Shown here piece after piece: positions 49,989-62,889 of a stretch of 64,000 nt of DNA; position 1 is the first letter of the stretch; the number at the start of each line of letters is the position of its first letter. The notes beneath the pieces are model-generated. The model saw only the letters and a list, made by a program, of their open reading frames with translations, did no database searches and had not been told where the DNA came from. The stretch is from Octopus bimaculoides. Lineage: Eukaryota. A program made the translations under genes and the position numbers. The stretch covers positions 136,181,911 to 136,245,910 of the forward strand of contig NC_068983.1 of assembly GCF_001194135.2 (NCBI RefSeq), read 5' to 3'.

Positions 49989-50074
49989 AGTATGTATATA
50001 TATATGTATATATATGTATGTATGTATATATACAGTGAGAATTTGCAAAAAAAAAAAACAAAAGACAAAGACAG

Positions 50075-50980
50075 GTGTGTAAACAACAAACAGATGTATT
50101 AGTTTAATACTCAGGAAGTGAAAAAAGTCTTTTATGTTTCGAGCCTATGCTCTTCGACAGAAAGGAACACAGAAATAAACAGGGAGGGAAAATAGAAAAA
50201 GGTATAGAGGCTAGCGATCTATCATGGCGAATGCCGGACAGAGCGTTCACACAGGAGAGCTATGAAGAAGGGGAGATAATAAAGTAGTGGTGATCTCAAA
50301 ATGAAGGTGCACGTGCGTGTGTATGTGAAAGCGTGTATGTGCATGTAAAAGGGGGCTGGTGACACTGACATGTGCGTGTGCATGTGTAGGTGTGAGGATG
50401 ATGGTGTAGGTGCTGGGAAGTGGTCAGTGCTAGTGTGTGTTGAGTGATGTGATGTAATGTGGTGTGGTGGTGTGTGGTGTGGTGTGGTGGTGTGTGGTGT
50501 GGTGTTGAGGTGTGGGGGAGGCAAAAGTGGGGAAGCAAGGGTGGGGTCTAAGGGATGAGGTGAAGGTGGGATAGGATGTGTAGGGATGGTGGGGTTGGAC
50601 TGTGTAGGGATGGTGGGGTTGGACTGTGTATGGGTGGGGTAATGAGGGAGGGGGTGACGATGAAGGCAGAGGGTGGAAGGGAGAAGGTAGGTAGGAGTGA
50701 AGAGTGGAAGTAGGTGCCAGCGAAAGAGAAGAGAGGTGGGTGGGAGGAAGTAGGTGTGAGAGGAAGAGAGAAGAGAGGAGGAGGGTTAGATGAAGAAAGG
50801 ACGAGAGTTGAGCCCATGTGGCACAAAGGAGCAAAGAGAGAAGATTAATCCCTGCTCACGGCGAAGACGGGAGTCTGGATGGCTCCTGTGCAAGGACAAT
50901 CTGAACACAGACAGGTGTTGTAAAGAGTGACCGGTAGAGCAGAAATGGCGTGGGACTGGGGTGTTGTTGGCGGGTCAAAT
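50075..50980 (-). mobile_element. Penelope-like element 3' remnant (GIY-YIG C-terminus, simple repeats, hammerhead-bearing end)
   Basis: Minus 50972-50786 reads ANNTPVPRHFCSTGHSLQHLSVFRL...RLRREQGLIFSLCSFVPHGLNSRPFFI*, matching the Penelope pattern PVxxHF..GH..R...E...I..L....P.GLN. Confidence 0.85.
50129..50164 (-). ncRNA. Minimal hammerhead-like variant in the Penelope 3' region
   Basis: Minus strand CUUU, CUGUCGA, A, GAGC-AUAG-GCUC, GAAA, C-AUA, AAAG. A6 is replaced by U and stem III has a C:A mismatch. Confidence 0.5.
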
Positions 50981-53252
50981 ATATATATGTATGTGTATAT
51001 ATATATTGGACCTGTCTGATTCTGTCAAACTGTTCAACACATGTCAGCATTGTAGACATTAATATAGGATGATGATGATGATGACAATGATGATGTTACA
51101 TATACAATTTTAAATAAAATAAATGTACATGTGTGTGTATTCTTTTCTATGACAAAATTGAAAAATATATATTTTTCTCCTCTAAAAACAAGCCATAGAT
51201 TTCATGTGTGGCCTAACTGTTAGGACATTAGGTTCATGCTCAGATCAAGTTGTGCACTATTTCCTTGTGCTGAGTATTTCATTACATGCTACTCCAATAC
51301 ACTCTGCAGCTGAAATAGCATAATAGCAGCAGCAGTTTGTGGGTTAACTTTGTGATAGACTAGTATCCTGTCTAAGGAGACCCTTCAAGGGTAGGGTTAA
51401 TGACTGCTTGACATTTCATTTCCCCTATAAAAAGGCTATCATGGAAGCCCAAATTGTTTATGGCCTCAAATTGCATAAAATAGATTAATAAAGTAAATTA
51501 GAAAATAATTCTTTTAAAACCATTATCGTATTTTACTATCCTGCAAGGGAAACTGTAAACACAAAATATTTACTTTCTTGCTTTTTCAAAATTAATACCT
51601 TCTGAATAACAAGGGGCCATATGGCCAGTGTCTGGCTCTGGTTTCAGTCATTTTAAGCAGATGAGAAATAATTATTCCCTTGAATAGAACAATGGTCTCT
51701 GAGACAAGAGAGACACAGCACTGCTGACAAGATATGAAAGATACTGCCAACACCTCAGCTAGTTGTTCATTTCCCTCTTTGTGACATTATCTGCAGCTCA
51801 CTAACTTTCTTATCTACAGCTAATAGAGTATCATTGATATTTAATAGCCAGCTTTTATGAATGTTATTTATTGCAATATAAAGTGGTTAATATTTCTTAT
51901 TGATAATTTGTGGCTATCAAAAGTACATTCAAACCTGGTATATTTCAAGGATAATGTCAATAGATTGAACCAAATTTCAATACCACCAGACATACCAATC
52001 ATAATAAAAGCAAAGCAGATTCTTTTTTCTTTCATTTCACAATACATTTTTTGTAACGAGAACATGCTATAACAAATTGACTTTACTAGTGCTTATTTTA
52101 TAAATGGAAGCGGTGGAGGGTTAAAATAACATTGATTGTAATGGGAGTTTAACTTAGGAATTTTAGGCAGCAAAAGAGATATCAGATAAGATCTTGTAAT
52201 TTACTTACAGCATTGCCAGTTTCAGCATATTAATAGGAAAGTAATAAATGTTACTTCTTTATTGTTTACTAATGATAAAGAAGTGAAATTGAACCCATGC
52301 ATGTGTTATTAATAGTAAATGTTACTTAACAAAGTAAGGATAGAAAAAAATAATTAAACAAATTTTTTAGAAGTAACAAACCCTAATCTTGAACAGAAAA
52401 ATAGTCTTTTGAAATGGACAGTGCAAAACACCAAAGCAATTATGATAATGTGCAGAAATGCAGAACATATTAAGGATGTGTGGGTTACAATATTAAAATC
52501 AGACAATAAATTGTCCAATCAAGAATCTCAAAGCAAATGTTAATTTGTGATTCATTATTTTACATTGCAATTAATGAACAATAACATCATTGGTTATAGA
52601 TTTTTGATGAGTCATTCACTAGTTTAATGAAGTTTTAATGGTAAAAGAGATACAGGAGTATCTATAACTCGATGTAGAGCAAATGTTCCAAAGGATTTCA
52701 TTCAAAAAGTACTGCTCATCTCTATCCTTCCTTGATATACAAGAGTAAAAGTATTCACAAACATATATCTATGTATATATCTCCAACAATTCCACATACA
52801 TCAGCTGTAAACAAGGACATGCACACTTACTCACATACATTCACACACTTTATGCACATATACACCTAAAAACAATACAAAAACACACACCTTGCATGTA
52901 CTGCTTCACACACGCACATAATCTTCATATGCATATATGTGCTTACCCACACACACACACATTATCCTCATACACATGCTTGAGCATAAATACTTCAGCA
53001 AGGTCACTGTTATCTCCCTTGCTACTCACATCTTCAACTAGTTACTTTCTTCTGGTTAATTCAACATGTGCAACCATTAATCCTGACACGTTTTTTTACC
53101 CTCTCTCCATCTGTTTTCTCCTTTCATTCCTTTCTGTAGAAGAGTATAAGCTTGAAATGTCAAATATTTCTTCCATTTTTCCTGAGCATCAAACTAATAT
53201 GCCTGGTCCATTGTTCCCTTATCTGTTTCCATCATTTGTATCATTTGAAACA

Positions 53253-53303
<51 letters not shown>

Positions 53304-53304
<1 letters not shown>

Positions 53305-53647
53305 TCTTTTATTTGTTTCAGTCATTTGACAGCAGCTGCTTTTAGTTGAACATATCAACCCCAGGACTTATTCTTTGTAAGCCTAGTACTTATATCGGCC
53401 TCTTTTGCTGAACTGCTAAGTTATAAGGACGTAAACACACCAGCATCAGTTGTCACGTGATGGTGGTGGGGGATAAACACACACACACATATATACACGA
53501 TGGGCTCCTTTCAGTTTCCATCTATCAAATCCACTCACATGGCTTTGGTCGGCCCGAAGCTATAGTACAAAGTGCCACGCAGTGAGACTGAACCCAAAAC
53601 CATGTGGCTGGTAAACAAGCTACTTACCACACAGCCACTCCTGCGCT
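53304..53647 (-). mobile_element. Young family A SINE
   Basis: cttttatttgtttcagtcatttgac...ctacttaccacacagccactcctgcgc. Confidence 0.92.
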
Positions 53648-53933
53648 TATATATATATATATATATATATATACGCACACGCACACACACACACACATCC
53701 ACGTAAGTATACAAGTAGCTCCCTCATATCAATGTTATAAGTCCTGAAAGGAGTATATGGGCCCTGCCCTGCTGACTAAGCAATACAAAAAAAAAAATAT
53801 ATGTTTCTGCTTACCAAATACCACTCTCAAGGTTTTGGTCAATTTGAGGTTATGGTAATAAGACATGCTCAAGGTACTGTGTAATGGGATTGAATGCAGG
53901 TCTGCATAGTTTTGAAGTGAACTGCTTAATGAT

Positions 53934-54321
53934 GTTGTTGTTGGCCCTCCGTTGCTTACGACGTCGAGGGTTCCAGTTGATCCGATCAACGGAACAGCTT
54001 GCTCGTGAAATTAACGTGCAAGTGGCTGAGCACTCCACAGACACGTGTACCCTTAACGTAGTTCTCGGGGATATTCAGCATGACACAGTGTGACAAGGCT
54101 GACCCTTTTGAATTACAGGTACAACAGAAACAGGAAGTAAGAGTGAGAGAAAGTTGTGGGGAAAGAGTACAGTAGGGTTCGCCACCACTCCCTGCCGGAG
54201 CCTCGTGGGGCTTTAGGTGTTTTCGTTCAATAAACACTCACAACACCGGGTCTGGGAATCGAAATCACGATCCTATGACCGCGAGTCCGCTGCCCTAACC
54301 ACTGGGCCATTGCGCCTCCAC
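53934..54321 (-). mobile_element. Full-length family D SINE with a 10-bp target-site duplication
   Basis: GCTTAATGAT at 53924-53933 and 54322-54331; tRNA-like head with A and B boxes; (CAA)n tail. Confidence 0.95.
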
Positions 54322-54759
54322 GCTTAATGATACAGCCTATGTATAATAAATATTTTAATATATGATAATTATTATAATATTATAACAAATATTATAATGT
54401 CTAATAAATATCACGTCTTAAATATATAAATTACTGATGTTTTGATAGAAAATATGACTTCTGTATTCTAGAAGCTTTTAAACTGCTTTCTTAACAGCCA
54501 TGGCCACTGTGTTCATGTGTTGGTTAAATATCTAAAATGTTCTCTCATTTGTTTTAATCCATTTTTCCATGCTTATACCGTTTTGATGAATATATTATTT
54601 GAGGCATTGTTTTACAGCTAGATACCCTTCCTGTTGCTAACCCTTACCTGTTTTTCAAATAAGGGATCTCTTATTACGCACAGCACAAAAAGGCACAAAG
54701 TGACCAAATAATTTGTTAACAGAACTGGCACCAGGTAATCACAAATGTAAACAAACACA

Positions 54760-54925
54760 CATACACACACAGGTAGTTTCAGTTTCTGTTTACTAAATCC
54801 ACACATATGGTTTTTGCCAGTCCAAGGTTATAGCAAAAGGGATATAGCAAGTTACCATGCAGTGGAACTGAATTTGCAATCAAATGGTTGGGAAGTGAAT
54901 CTCTCAACCACAATGCTGTGCCTAT
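54760..54925 (-). mobile_element. Family A SINE 5' half, old
   Basis: tttcagtttctgtttactaaatccac...gcagtggaactgaa...aaccacaatgc. Confidence 0.65.
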
Positions 54926-57415
54926 ATTAGATCTATCTAAAATGCATCTCAAGTATTTTTTATCAACTCCCAAACCCTGATAATAAACCCCTTTTAATAA
55001 CGATAAATTCTTATTAAGAGTAAGTGACTGTCAATAGAACTGACATTAAACTATACCAATGATATAAGTATCTATACTGATATCTTATATAAACAGTTTC
55101 TGGTGGGATGTGAACTTAGAAAAATGAAACAACAGACTAACTACAGACATAGTTCTTGTTACACTAACAAAACAAAACTATAATAATAATTATTGTTAAT
55201 TGGATTTTGTTATTTTTTTATTTATTTCTTTTTGGATTGTCATTGCACTGATTCTTTATCTAGTTCCTTCATCTATTGAAGAATGACTTTCCATCACTTA
55301 CTCATTTAATTTACAATACATGAATCTACAGAATGCAGATAGTGCATTCATTCATTTATTTTACAACCATTTTTTTAATCATGCTAGTATGGATTTAACA
55401 AATATGTGTGAACACAAAATCCCCAAACCACAAAGAATATTCTGGATTGTGTTTATTGTTCACATTATGTGATGCATGAATTTTCAGGTCAAGCATAAAA
55501 AGCTATGCAGAAAAGTCAATCATTGAAACTACACCCACTTATATTAGTAATGGAGATTGAGATAGTCAAGGGGATTTTGGTATCATCAGTCAGTGTGTTC
55601 CATGCAGAAATAAAATCTCCCTTAATAAACTTCTTAATCATCTTTAAAGTAAGTACCAGAAGTTCTAAAATTTAATAAATGAATTGGTATGATTCTGGGT
55701 AAAATACTGATCAAATGTTGAAGTTTGGCTTAAATCCTGATTTCTCATATCCACATACCCCAAGACCTGAACTAGTGGGTTGATACTAGATATTCTATTG
55801 GTTATCAGTTTACCTTCAATCTTGCTCAGAGCATAGTTAATGTGGGCTATTCAACAACAGTACCCCATCTACACTACCTACACATTAATCTTATACATTT
55901 TACCATTATTAGAGAAAAATAAAATGGATACATGCACAAGCTATAGCTTGGATGATTTTACAGAGCACTGAAGAAATAACTTGACTTATTTGCAAACCTT
56001 AAAAGTATCAAAACTTACCAAGCTTTTCAACTACCTACAAGTATATGATTGTTTTCATTCAACTGCTGTCATCACTAACAAATGTCAGCACATATTAACA
56101 GCATTATCTCTTTATTGTTTAAACACAACCTATTTTAATCTTTGTATAAAAATACAGAACAAATTCCACCACCATCTATGTAAAATTGAATCACTCCAAA
56201 CCTTCACTAAAAAATAAATTTAGCATTAACTTCAATGAAAACCACCAGTTAAATACTTTTCTAGTTTTTTTTTCTCTCTCTCTCTCTCTCTTTACTCTCT
56301 TATTTCCTCTCTATTTGATTTTCCTTTCTTTTTTGTCTTCTTTCCTTTATTTCTATTTTTTTCTTAGAATCTAATGATGTATTTATCCCCAGTTTCTAAA
56401 TATGATGCTTATTTAGTTATTCTAGAAATTAAAACAAATCAATAATCACAACACAGACCCTTAACAGTTTAGAAAAGCTAATAATACACTTATTTTCACT
56501 TTCTTTAATCTTCTGTTCAATTTTTTTTATTAAAGACAAAGAAACTTTAATGTCAAAGGTTTATTAGAAACTCTATAGTGAAGAAATGAAAGGAACAATT
56601 AAGTTGGCTTGTTTAATGTAAGTTAGTATGGCAAACAGGTACAGACTATGTAGAAGAGTAAGCCAACCTTTATCTGTTAAAAGAAATATACAGTGTTAGC
56701 CAGAATATTCTTGATAATTAACAGAGAACCGGATGTGTTAAAGTGAGGCAAGTGAAGTGAGTCAGAAACAAATACTTTATAAAGATCATATCAACAGACA
56801 GCCACCAGGGAAAAGGAGGAAATATATTCTCTGAATGAAACTCCCAAAACGTACTTTTATTAAGGGACAGGGAAAGTGCTTTCTTTACTTCATGAAATTA
56901 TTAGTAAAACCTGAAGGCAACATTTATATATCAGTGAGGTTGTTTAAATATTGAAGTATGGTGGCTGATTTATCATATAGTAGACAATATAAATGTATCA
57001 TTTCTAGTGAAAGTGTACCAGATTTTGGCAAGTGATGAAAGAACGTATTTAGGAAATTTCATTAAAATGTCACTAGTGGACAGCTAGTTGCTCTTTAGCA
57101 AAAAAGTTCAAAGAAATAATGGAAATGGTGTGTTTTAGTAATAATAGTTATAGTCTAAAGTGAAAGGAATAAAGGTAGATATGTGTAATACTTTTACATC
57201 TGCAAAGAAAGGTCCACTACCAGTTTGTGATTCTAAGAAGCACAAGTCCTGACGTATTAAAAAAAAAAAGGCCCAAAAAATACTTCTATATCAAATTCTG
57301 ACCACTGTGAGAAGAAACTGTCTATGGTTTCAAAGCTATGCTTACTAATGATTAAAATGGTTGACTTCACATTTCTGCTTAATCTCAATACTGCGTAGTG
57401 CCATTTATATATAAT

Positions 57416-57740
57416 GGCACCTTGGGCAAGTGTCTTCTACTACAGCCTTGGGCTGACAAAAGCCTTGTGAGTGGATTTGGGAGACAGAAACTGAAAGAAG
57501 CACGTCATGTATATGTGTGTGTGTATGTGTGTCTCTCTCTCTGTTTGTCCCCCACCACCACTTGACAAACAGTGTGGATGTATTTACATCCCTATAAACT
57601 TAGCAGTTCGGCAAAAGAAACCAATAGAATAAGTACTTTACTTAACTTCAAAAAAGGGTTGATTTGTTCAACTAAAACCCTTCAAGGTGGTGCCCCAGCA
57701 TGACTGAAGTCAAATGACTGACACAAGTAAAAGATAAAAT
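57416..57740 (+). mobile_element. 5'-truncated family A SINE
   Basis: ggcaccttgggcaagtgtcttctac...gtcaaatgactgacacaagtaaaaga. Confidence 0.9.
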
Positions 57741-58179
57741 ATATATACATATCTCAAGTCCTTCCCGAACCTGTCCATGGCGTGGCTGATCATTTTCTTT
57801 GCAGTTTACATCTATATTTCTATATTTGCATAGTTTGAATGGTTTATATTAGAATGATTATTGTCTTACTGAGAACAGAGCAGTGAAATAAAGAGTGGAA
57901 CCAGTTATATGCCACTTATATAAAATGGAACAAGCAGTGGAGTTATATTCTTTGCTAAAGGGCACAAGAGACTGGACTGTATTAATAAAGTCTCAACAAA
58001 TATCCATTTGGTCATTAGTCTAGCATCTTAACTTTACTGCATAGATACTGTATCCACCTAATTCTTGTACTCATATTGATTATTTTTAAAATTACTTTCA
58101 GGTGCTATGTATTTAGCTGAATCAAATTTCTGAAGTTGGTGGTGATGATGACAGTTATAATTAGAGAGGTTGATTAGTG

Positions 58180-58385
58180 ATGTATGACAGAATTAGTAGA
58201 GTGCACACAATATATCATGCAGGATTTCATTAGGCCCCTTTATGTTTTGCATTCAAATCCTACCAGAGTTGATTTGGCTCTTCTTCCATTTGGAGTTGAT
58301 AAAATAAGTGCAAGTACGGGAGTTAGTCTAACCAACTGCACCCATTGTCCCCAAATCAGTGGTCTTATGTTAGAAACCATTATTC
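58180..58385 (+). mobile_element. Family B SINE, degenerate
   Basis: tgacagaattagtag...ttcaaatcctacc...gataaaataagt...ccccaaatcagtggtc. Confidence 0.6.
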
Positions 58386-59184
58386 TTGTTATCACTATAG
58401 AACAGTGAATCCTATACTTTGCTACTAAACTCATGGACCGCTGCTAAAGTATTGATCAATTGAACAAGATGGTAAATGTAAAACCAAAATTATTATAAAT
58501 TCATGAAGAAATATTCTGAGTTAGAAAATGTATTCTTTTAAATCATTAATTTACTGTTTCAAAGTCAACTGAGACATGTTAATAACTTTTGGCAAAGTAT
58601 TCCATATTTGAAATAACAATTTGTGCTATGTATCTTTACTATTGTTGTATTACTCATATTACACTATAATCATATTACTCGTTGGCACAGAATAAAAATA
58701 TGAAAAAACAAAAAAGAATATCACTATGCAACAAGTTCCACAGGCATCCTCACCACCACCACCACCACCACCACCACCACTTTATTATCTTCTTTTTCCC
58801 ACTTACAAGCATCAAACAAAATTGAGGCAGGATTTTCTGTGGCTGGATGTTCTTGTCACCAACCCTCACCTATTTCCAAACAAGGTAACATCTCTCCCAG
58901 CCCTTTGAATATGAACAACAAAATGGCTGGATATGTTTTCATAGGAGACTGTAAATTAATGATACCACATAAATACATACACAGAAATAACAAGATCATT
59001 TTGAAATAAATAATCATCATCACTATCTCCAGCACAAAAACACAATGACACTATTTAAAATTTATTCTGAATTTTGCACTGTTTTCAGTTTATTGGGTGA
59101 AGTCACAGCAGAAAAGGTACTATTGATGTAGTCCTTCAGCTCAGATGATGCTGTTAGCGCTCCACTGTGCCAGTCATCGAATTT

Positions 59185-59347
59185 GGTTCAATATGGCTGC
59201 ATAGTTAAAAAGTTTACTTCACAGTGTTTTAGGTTTGATTCTCCTATACAGCACTTTTGCTATTGCTTTGATTTAACCATTGCTTTGAAAGTGAAATTTG
59301 GTAGATGGAAATTGTATAGAAGCCTATGGAATATATACATGTATAAG

Positions 59348-59386
<39 letters not shown>

Positions 59387-59640
59387 ATATTTGTATTTGT
59401 GTGTGAGTTTGTTTTTGCATGTCTTCAAATTGACATTGTTGAACAGTGGTATCATATTTATAGCTTACATCCAGAAAAATGTAGTAGTTTGGTGGTTCAA
59501 CACTGTGAAGACATTGCATAAAATACTTTACTTGAAAATAAGGGCTGGCATCAGGGAGACCAACTGGCCATAGAATACTGCCTCAATATGTCTCATCCAA
59601 CTCATACCAACATAAAAAAAGCCAATGTAAAAGTAACGAA
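59185..59640 (+). mobile_element. Composite SINE: family A head joined to an RTE-type tail
   Basis: atggctgcatagttaaaaag...ggtagatggaaattg, (TG)n, then catccaactcataccaacataaaa. Confidence 0.55.
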
Positions 59641-60169
59641 GGCTATAAATATAAGGAAATTATGTAATATACCAGAAAGCATATTAAATAATTCCTGTTA
59701 TCATCATCGTTGATAACAGGAATATATACACACATGGGTTTATATGAGTGTCTGTGTGTGTGTGTGTGTATGTAAGGAAAGAATTGGAGCAAGGCTACAA
59801 ATGTATTCTTACAGTTCATATCCATATGTCTGTTATACGTGACTTCCTTATTTTCTTCCCTCTTATACTGTCACTCTCTAAGCCTCAACAGAATCTACTA
59901 TGTTTATTATTGATTGATTTTATTTTTATTTTCATGAAGGATGAGTGTTTTCTTTTTTAAATTTTTATGCATTTTTATTTTATTGTAGTTTACTTTATTT
60001 CTTTCTATTTTTATGTTTCTTTTTTACTGTCATACAAATTTGATACAATGATAGTCTGCTTGCTTCAATTGACTTCTTGCTGCCAAGGATGCTAAGGTGA
60101 CAAAGCTGAAATCTATAGATTGAATCTGATGAAGGTTGTCTTCATCTGTCTAAGATAAATGGGAATCTC

Positions 60170-60240
<71 letters not shown>

Positions 60241-62514
60241 AATGTGAAGAGAGTTGCTAAATGCAGCAGTACAAATAACAAACAACCTTGTTTGACTGTC
60301 TATTGATCTTAACAGGCTGAGTAGGAAAGTTTAATAAGTATTTCCTGTAACAACAAAAGACACATTGATTTCTGTCATAGAATAAGCAGCTCCTGAGAAA
60401 AAGTGTGTGTGTGGTTAGGGAAGACTTTGCACCTGTCACAGTTCTGGTTTCCAAAGAAGTTAAACTTTAATTGGGTTAGGAATGTTAATATAAAAAATAA
60501 TACAAAATTTAAAATTTTACAATAAGGAAACTATAATGACACTAAATAATTAATTCCACTATAACTATAATCACATGAAAGACAGAAATGTATCTGGATG
60601 TGAATAAATATGTAAATGAAAACAATAGACATGTAAACAAGCAAGAAAGGAAACTAATATTCTGATTTTAATTTTGATTATTTCTCTTCTAATTAGTGAT
60701 ACATGTACAATTAATTTATGAGAAAGGACAAGTAGAAATAAATAAATAAATTGGGTGGTTATTAAAGTCACTCAAAGATGTATGCAGAAGATTTAACAGA
60801 GTGGATTGGAAACGTTATTCTAATGAGTGACGAATGATGTATGAAAAAGAACTGTTGGATTGTGGTAGAAAAGTATTTATAGCAGAGATAGATAAAAAAA
60901 AATGAAATTAGCTTGGTTAAATCTAGAGTGGCATACTTCACAGATGATTAGAGAAATATTCTATTGTAATCTTTTCAAGTTATGCAGTTATAGAGCATAT
61001 TATGTAAAGCTGTTGATAAGGATCAAAATGAGAAATCAAATTGTATATTTTGTTAATACAAATATTATCCAGATATGTGTTGGAAAAAAAAATAAGAGCA
61101 ATTCCATGATTCTGTAGTATATATATGTTTTTGTTATATAAGTACTTGAAATGAAAATAAATTCTAGGGAAACTAAACCTCATGTCTTTATAGTATGGCA
61201 TGTTGGGCAAACATTTTCTGCTATAGCCTGTTGGTAGATCTAACCATGCGAATGAAATTAAGCAGACAGAAATCATGCAGAAACAATTGAATGAACTATG
61301 GCTGTTAATGGGTGGTAGGCTTAATATGTCCTTTAGTTTAACAACACTACCAGACCCTTGGGTACCTTTAGTGGCATCCATTCTATTGCAAAGAATCAGA
61401 TTAGGTCTCTGCTGTAAGGATAACGCAATATCCTGATGTATCACTTATTGTAAAATTCTTTTCCTTTCATTTCACTGTGTAGAAAGCCATTTTCTCTTTA
61501 TTAAAACAATTTTAATTACCAACATTACTAATTCTTATTTTGTCAACTTCCATAGGGAAAATTTCAGAAATATCACAAGCATTTAGAAACATTCACTTGA
61601 TATTTTTGCCATAGCCTGATCATTGTTGTGGATATAACTCCCCAGATTGAAGTTGTGTTATATAAGTTATTCTCCTTTTCAAAATAGCACACACATTTTT
61701 GAGGATGGTGTATCAATAATATTGAACAGTTTGAGAGAAACTCACTACACCTACACAAAAAAATATCTTTTCAACTTGGTGTCCTGATTTACTTGTTATG
61801 TAATATGAAAGACTTTAAGAAGGTCAAAGAGAGATAAAAAGAGGGAGAGAGAAAGATGTAAAATAAAGGTGAAATACAGACTGGGTAGGCATCAGCAGTT
61901 TTTAGTGTAGTTTAAATATAGTAGATGAGTAGAAATTAGTACAGACTCGTCTTAAAATTACATTGTAAGTTTGCTATCTATTAGATGTCAGTCTCAATGT
62001 CTTCACATTTAATATATTTTTGCAATATTGGTTCTTTACTGCATCACACAGAAGAAATTAGAGAGAGAGAAAAAAAAGACAACAAAACAATGAAAAATTC
62101 AAGGGTGTGGAAAGAGCAACAAAAACAAAAATGTTGAAAGAGAAAGTGGCTGTGAGAATGTCCTGTTAATTTCATTTTCCTGAAATACTAATTAACTGAA
62201 ATATTTTGACATCATTAACAAGAGAGATAAGAAATATGGTCTTGGCAAAACTTGTACAGGATCTGTTTAAATTCCTGTCAGTAACTATATCAGTTTATTT
62301 ACACCTCTAGTGGGGTTTTTTTTCTAGCAAAGTAATAAGCAATGCACAACTTCATATCTCTTTCCTAAATGTTTGAAGTCAAGTACCTTTGCAAGAAATC
62401 ATTCTGGTTATCAACAAAGATATACAATTTTTCAAAGCAGTTTAAATATTACAAAACAGTTATGACCATATCTTTGGAAAGGAACAGCCACCACAATTGT
62501 CTATTTTCACCATT

Positions 62515-62889
62515 TATCCTTTACTTGTTTCAGTCATTAGACTGTGGCCATGCTGGGGCACTACCTTGGAGAATTTTAATCACACAAACTGATCACAGTA
62601 CTTGCTATTTTTTGTAGCCAGGTACTTACTCTTTCAGTCTCTTTTGCCAAACTACTAAGTTATGGGGATGTAAACACAGCAATCTGTTGCCAGCAATGAT
62701 GGGGGCAAACACAGAGACAAACACACACACAATAAGCTTCTTTCAGTTTCCATCTACCAAATCCATTCACAAGGCTTTGGTCAGCCTGAGGTTATAGAAG
62801 AAGACACTTGCCCAAGGTGCTACACAATGGGATTAAACCTGGAACCATTATGTTGGGAAGCAAACTTTTTATCATACAGCCACTCCTGT
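62515..62889 (-). mobile_element. Full-length family A SINE
   Basis: ttacttgtttcagtcattagactgtggccatgctggggc...gaagacacttgcccaaggtgc...catacagccactcctg. Confidence 0.9.

Noticed and set aside
39440-54321. tRNA genes at the heads of the family D elements (about 39450-39523 and 54250-54321)
   Set aside because: A and B boxes are present, but the sequence runs into a shared SINE body and tail, one copy has a target-site duplication, and there is no clean acceptor stem.
55700-56220. Possible L1-type RT remnant (YSLDDF)
   Set aside because: It is too degenerate to support a call without a profile search.
2335-60000. Many long track ORFs with YIYIYI, CVCVCV, HTHTHT, ERERER or X runs (for example 3124-3524, 4138-5042, 5159-5845, 26415-26803, 33022-33804, 50222-50834)
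   Set aside because: They are translations of microsatellites or N gaps, which lack stop codons.
61330-61390. Plus-strand LPDPWVPLVASIL resembling NELF-A DSDPWVLMVADIL
   Set aside because: The match is a few residues only and the flanks do not align, so no gene symbol is assigned.
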